Shown here piece by piece: positions 62,167 to 64,000 of a stretch of 64,000 nt of DNA. The position numbers and the translations under genes are program-made. This stretch comes from Somniosus microcephalus (lineage: Eukaryota). The stretch lies in NCBI GenBank assembly GCA_052327205.1, contig CM126220.1, forward strand, positions 29,698,001 through 29,762,000, read 5' to 3'. The notes under the pieces are model-generated. The model searched no databases. It was not told the DNA's origin and was given only the letters and a program-made list of their open reading frames with translations. Every line of letters starts with the position of its first letter. Position 1 is the stretch's first letter.

Positions 62167-63656
62167 CTATTTCTCTCTCCATGGATGTTTCCTGGCCAGC
62201 TGAGTTTTTCCAGCATTTTCTGTTGTTATTTCGGATTTCCAGCATCTGCAGTATTTTGCTATCGTAAAAGAGTTCTGCACCCTTTGGATGTGGAATTTCC
62301 GGAGAATTGAACTGAATGGAAATCCATTCTCTGTAACCTTGCGTTCACAAGAAGAGAAACAGAATAAAATGATCATACTAAAGCAAAAAAAAAAACCCAA
62401 ATGATCTGCAGTGTGTGACCATTTACAGATACTAAAATGATGCAATAATGATTCTCCACCCCAAGAGCTGACAGAATCAGAATCATGTAACTGAATGGTA
62501 TGCTTGCTGTGTCTTTAGGGTCAAGCTAAGTGTACTTCACTGAAGTGGAGACGTGGGAGATGAATTTTTTTTGGGCGGTGGTCAAAATGGGCGATTTTGA
62601 ATCAGCAGCCTGGTTTTACACTCCGCCCGACTGTCTTTGAACAGATGAGGTTGCCGATTGGCTATCGCCCGCTCCGCGCTAGCGCCCCAGACGGATTTCA
62701 CCCCCGGGGTGTCTTTTTGAGTGTTGTGTGTACCGTGTGGTATGAAACGAACAACTGCGCAAATAAAAATGGACTTGACTCGCCCTGTTCAGACGGCAAG
62801 GCCCACGTGCCTTTAAGAAAGCGAATCCTTTGACGTCATCACTTTAAGCTTTTTGGCCAAAATTGATGCTTTAAAAAAACAGACCTCTTGCTGCTTGTTT
62901 CTTCATGTCAGGGTGATTTACCTCATGTGAAGAAAAACAACAAATGCTAAAATCTGACCTTTTGCTGAAGAGAATTCTAAAATGTTTCCCTTGCCCCGTA
63001 CGTGCTGTGAGTGACACCCCTCCCAAGGGGGAATTCTACAACGTCCGAGGGTTCCAGCGTTGCAAGAGGAGTGGACCCAATTGGACAGAGATGGGAATAC
63101 TGTACTTGTGGAAACCAACTTCAGGGTGACAACAGCAGAATGACGACCAATAAGTAAAAATGTTACAAATTCAGCATCAGAGAAGAAAATATAAGTCTCA
63201 TCATCACAGAGAAACACTGAAGGAAGGCTTAAACTTATTTGAATCTGATCTGTTTGGTCACCTCTGGATATAATTGATGGGCCATTCACTTAAAGTAACT
63301 CCACTTGCCCATCTAAATTATTCACAACTAACAGGTGATGATAATTCCTTACTCAAATTATAATTCTCCGGCCTGTAATTTCTTGGTTGGAGTTTAGTCA
63401 CTCCATTGATGTTGTCACATTCTGCTGTTCAACTCATGACATCACCGAGCAGAACAGTTCCTGTGAAAAGGAGGGGTTGTCCACCACAGACGGTTGAACC
63501 CTACAGTTTTACGGAGGAGCGTTTACAGGGGCGGCTGTTGGATCGAGGATTTGCTTTAGGTCAAGGAGAAAAATCTGATTGTTTTTGAAATAGAGAAAGC
63601 GAAATGATCCTTAATCCAGAAAACTAAAACTTATTCTGTTTATTAACCCTTTCCAG

Positions 63657-63838
63657 CCCACGAGCTTTCCCAGAACAAGGCTTCATCAGTCCAGACTGGC
63701 AGCCATTTGCAGTGCCTGTCGGTCCACTGCACAGACGACCTTACTGACTCTAAAGGCCGGAGCCCCATGCAAACTTGGAGATCTTTGCATTCGGACATCT
63801 CTAATCGATTTGGGACATTCGTGGCTGCTTTGACCTGA
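63657..63838 (+). CDS. MN1: MN1 coding exon 2 (C-terminus)
   Basis: TTCCAG|CC CAC GAG... translates (A)[59 protein letters not shown]-stop, the conserved MN1 C-terminus. Confidence 0.97.
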
Positions 63839-63906
63839 ACAGAGATGAATTTTCTTTTGATTTCTCTATTATTTTTGTTGTTTTCCTCCTCTCGGCTGCT
63901 GCAGTG

Positions 63907-63932
63907 TGACAGACAGACAGACAGACAGACAG
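63907..63932. repeat. (GACA)n microsatellite in MN1 3' UTR
   Basis: Directly visible; an AATAAA follows at 63945-63950. Confidence 0.85.
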
Positions 63933-64000
63933 AACATCAAAACAAATAAAAGCTATAGTCACGAAAGGATCCGGGCCCCCTGCCGGCACTGTGGCTCAGT

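Larger units (their letters stand above)
61917..62266 (+). mobile_element. Palindromic Penelope-like non-autonomous insertion (copy 2)
   Basis: 100-bp inverted arms (61917-62016 and 62130-62229), a 113-bp spacer, a 3' extension, and 14-bp TSD AAAGAGTTCTGCAC (61903-61916 and 62267-62280). Confidence 0.88.
38307..63656 (+). other. MN1: MN1 intron (25,350 bp, GT-AG)
   Basis: GT at 38307 and acceptor TTAACCCTTTCCAG at 63643-63656. Splicing restores an in-frame ...NKE-A-HEL... Confidence 0.93.

Noticed and set aside
63945-63950. AATAAA as the MN1 poly(A) signal
   Set aside because: It is only about 110 nt after the stop in an A-rich patch, and the window ends before downstream elements can be judged.

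Overview
This is vertebrate genomic DNA, most likely from a shark or other elasmobranch, judging from its repeats (HE1-type V-SINE, SacSINE1-like DeuSINE, HER1/CR1 LINEs). The only host gene I can support is a complete two-coding-exon MN1 on the + strand. Exon 1 CDS is 34625-38306, followed by a 25,350-bp phase-1 intron and exon 2 CDS at 63657-63838, which the ORF track misses; the spliced protein is 1287 aa. The promoter and exon 1 sit in a roughly 9-kb zone with no recognisable transposable elements (TEs). The rest is a TE mosaic: CR1, L2 and RTE fragments, two Harbinger relics, hAT and Harbinger MITEs, several SINE families, minisatellites and an N-gap. The most notable finding is a pair of short palindromic intronic retro-insertions with 14-15 bp target-site duplications (TSDs), carrying Penelope-type minimal hammerhead ribozyme motifs in inverted arms. 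Also notable: an M-P-Y-stop uORF just before the MN1 start, absence of the human MN1 polyQ tract, and a palindromic QP-P14-QP expansion near the N-terminus. Repeat family names and human comparisons are from memory and were not database-verified.
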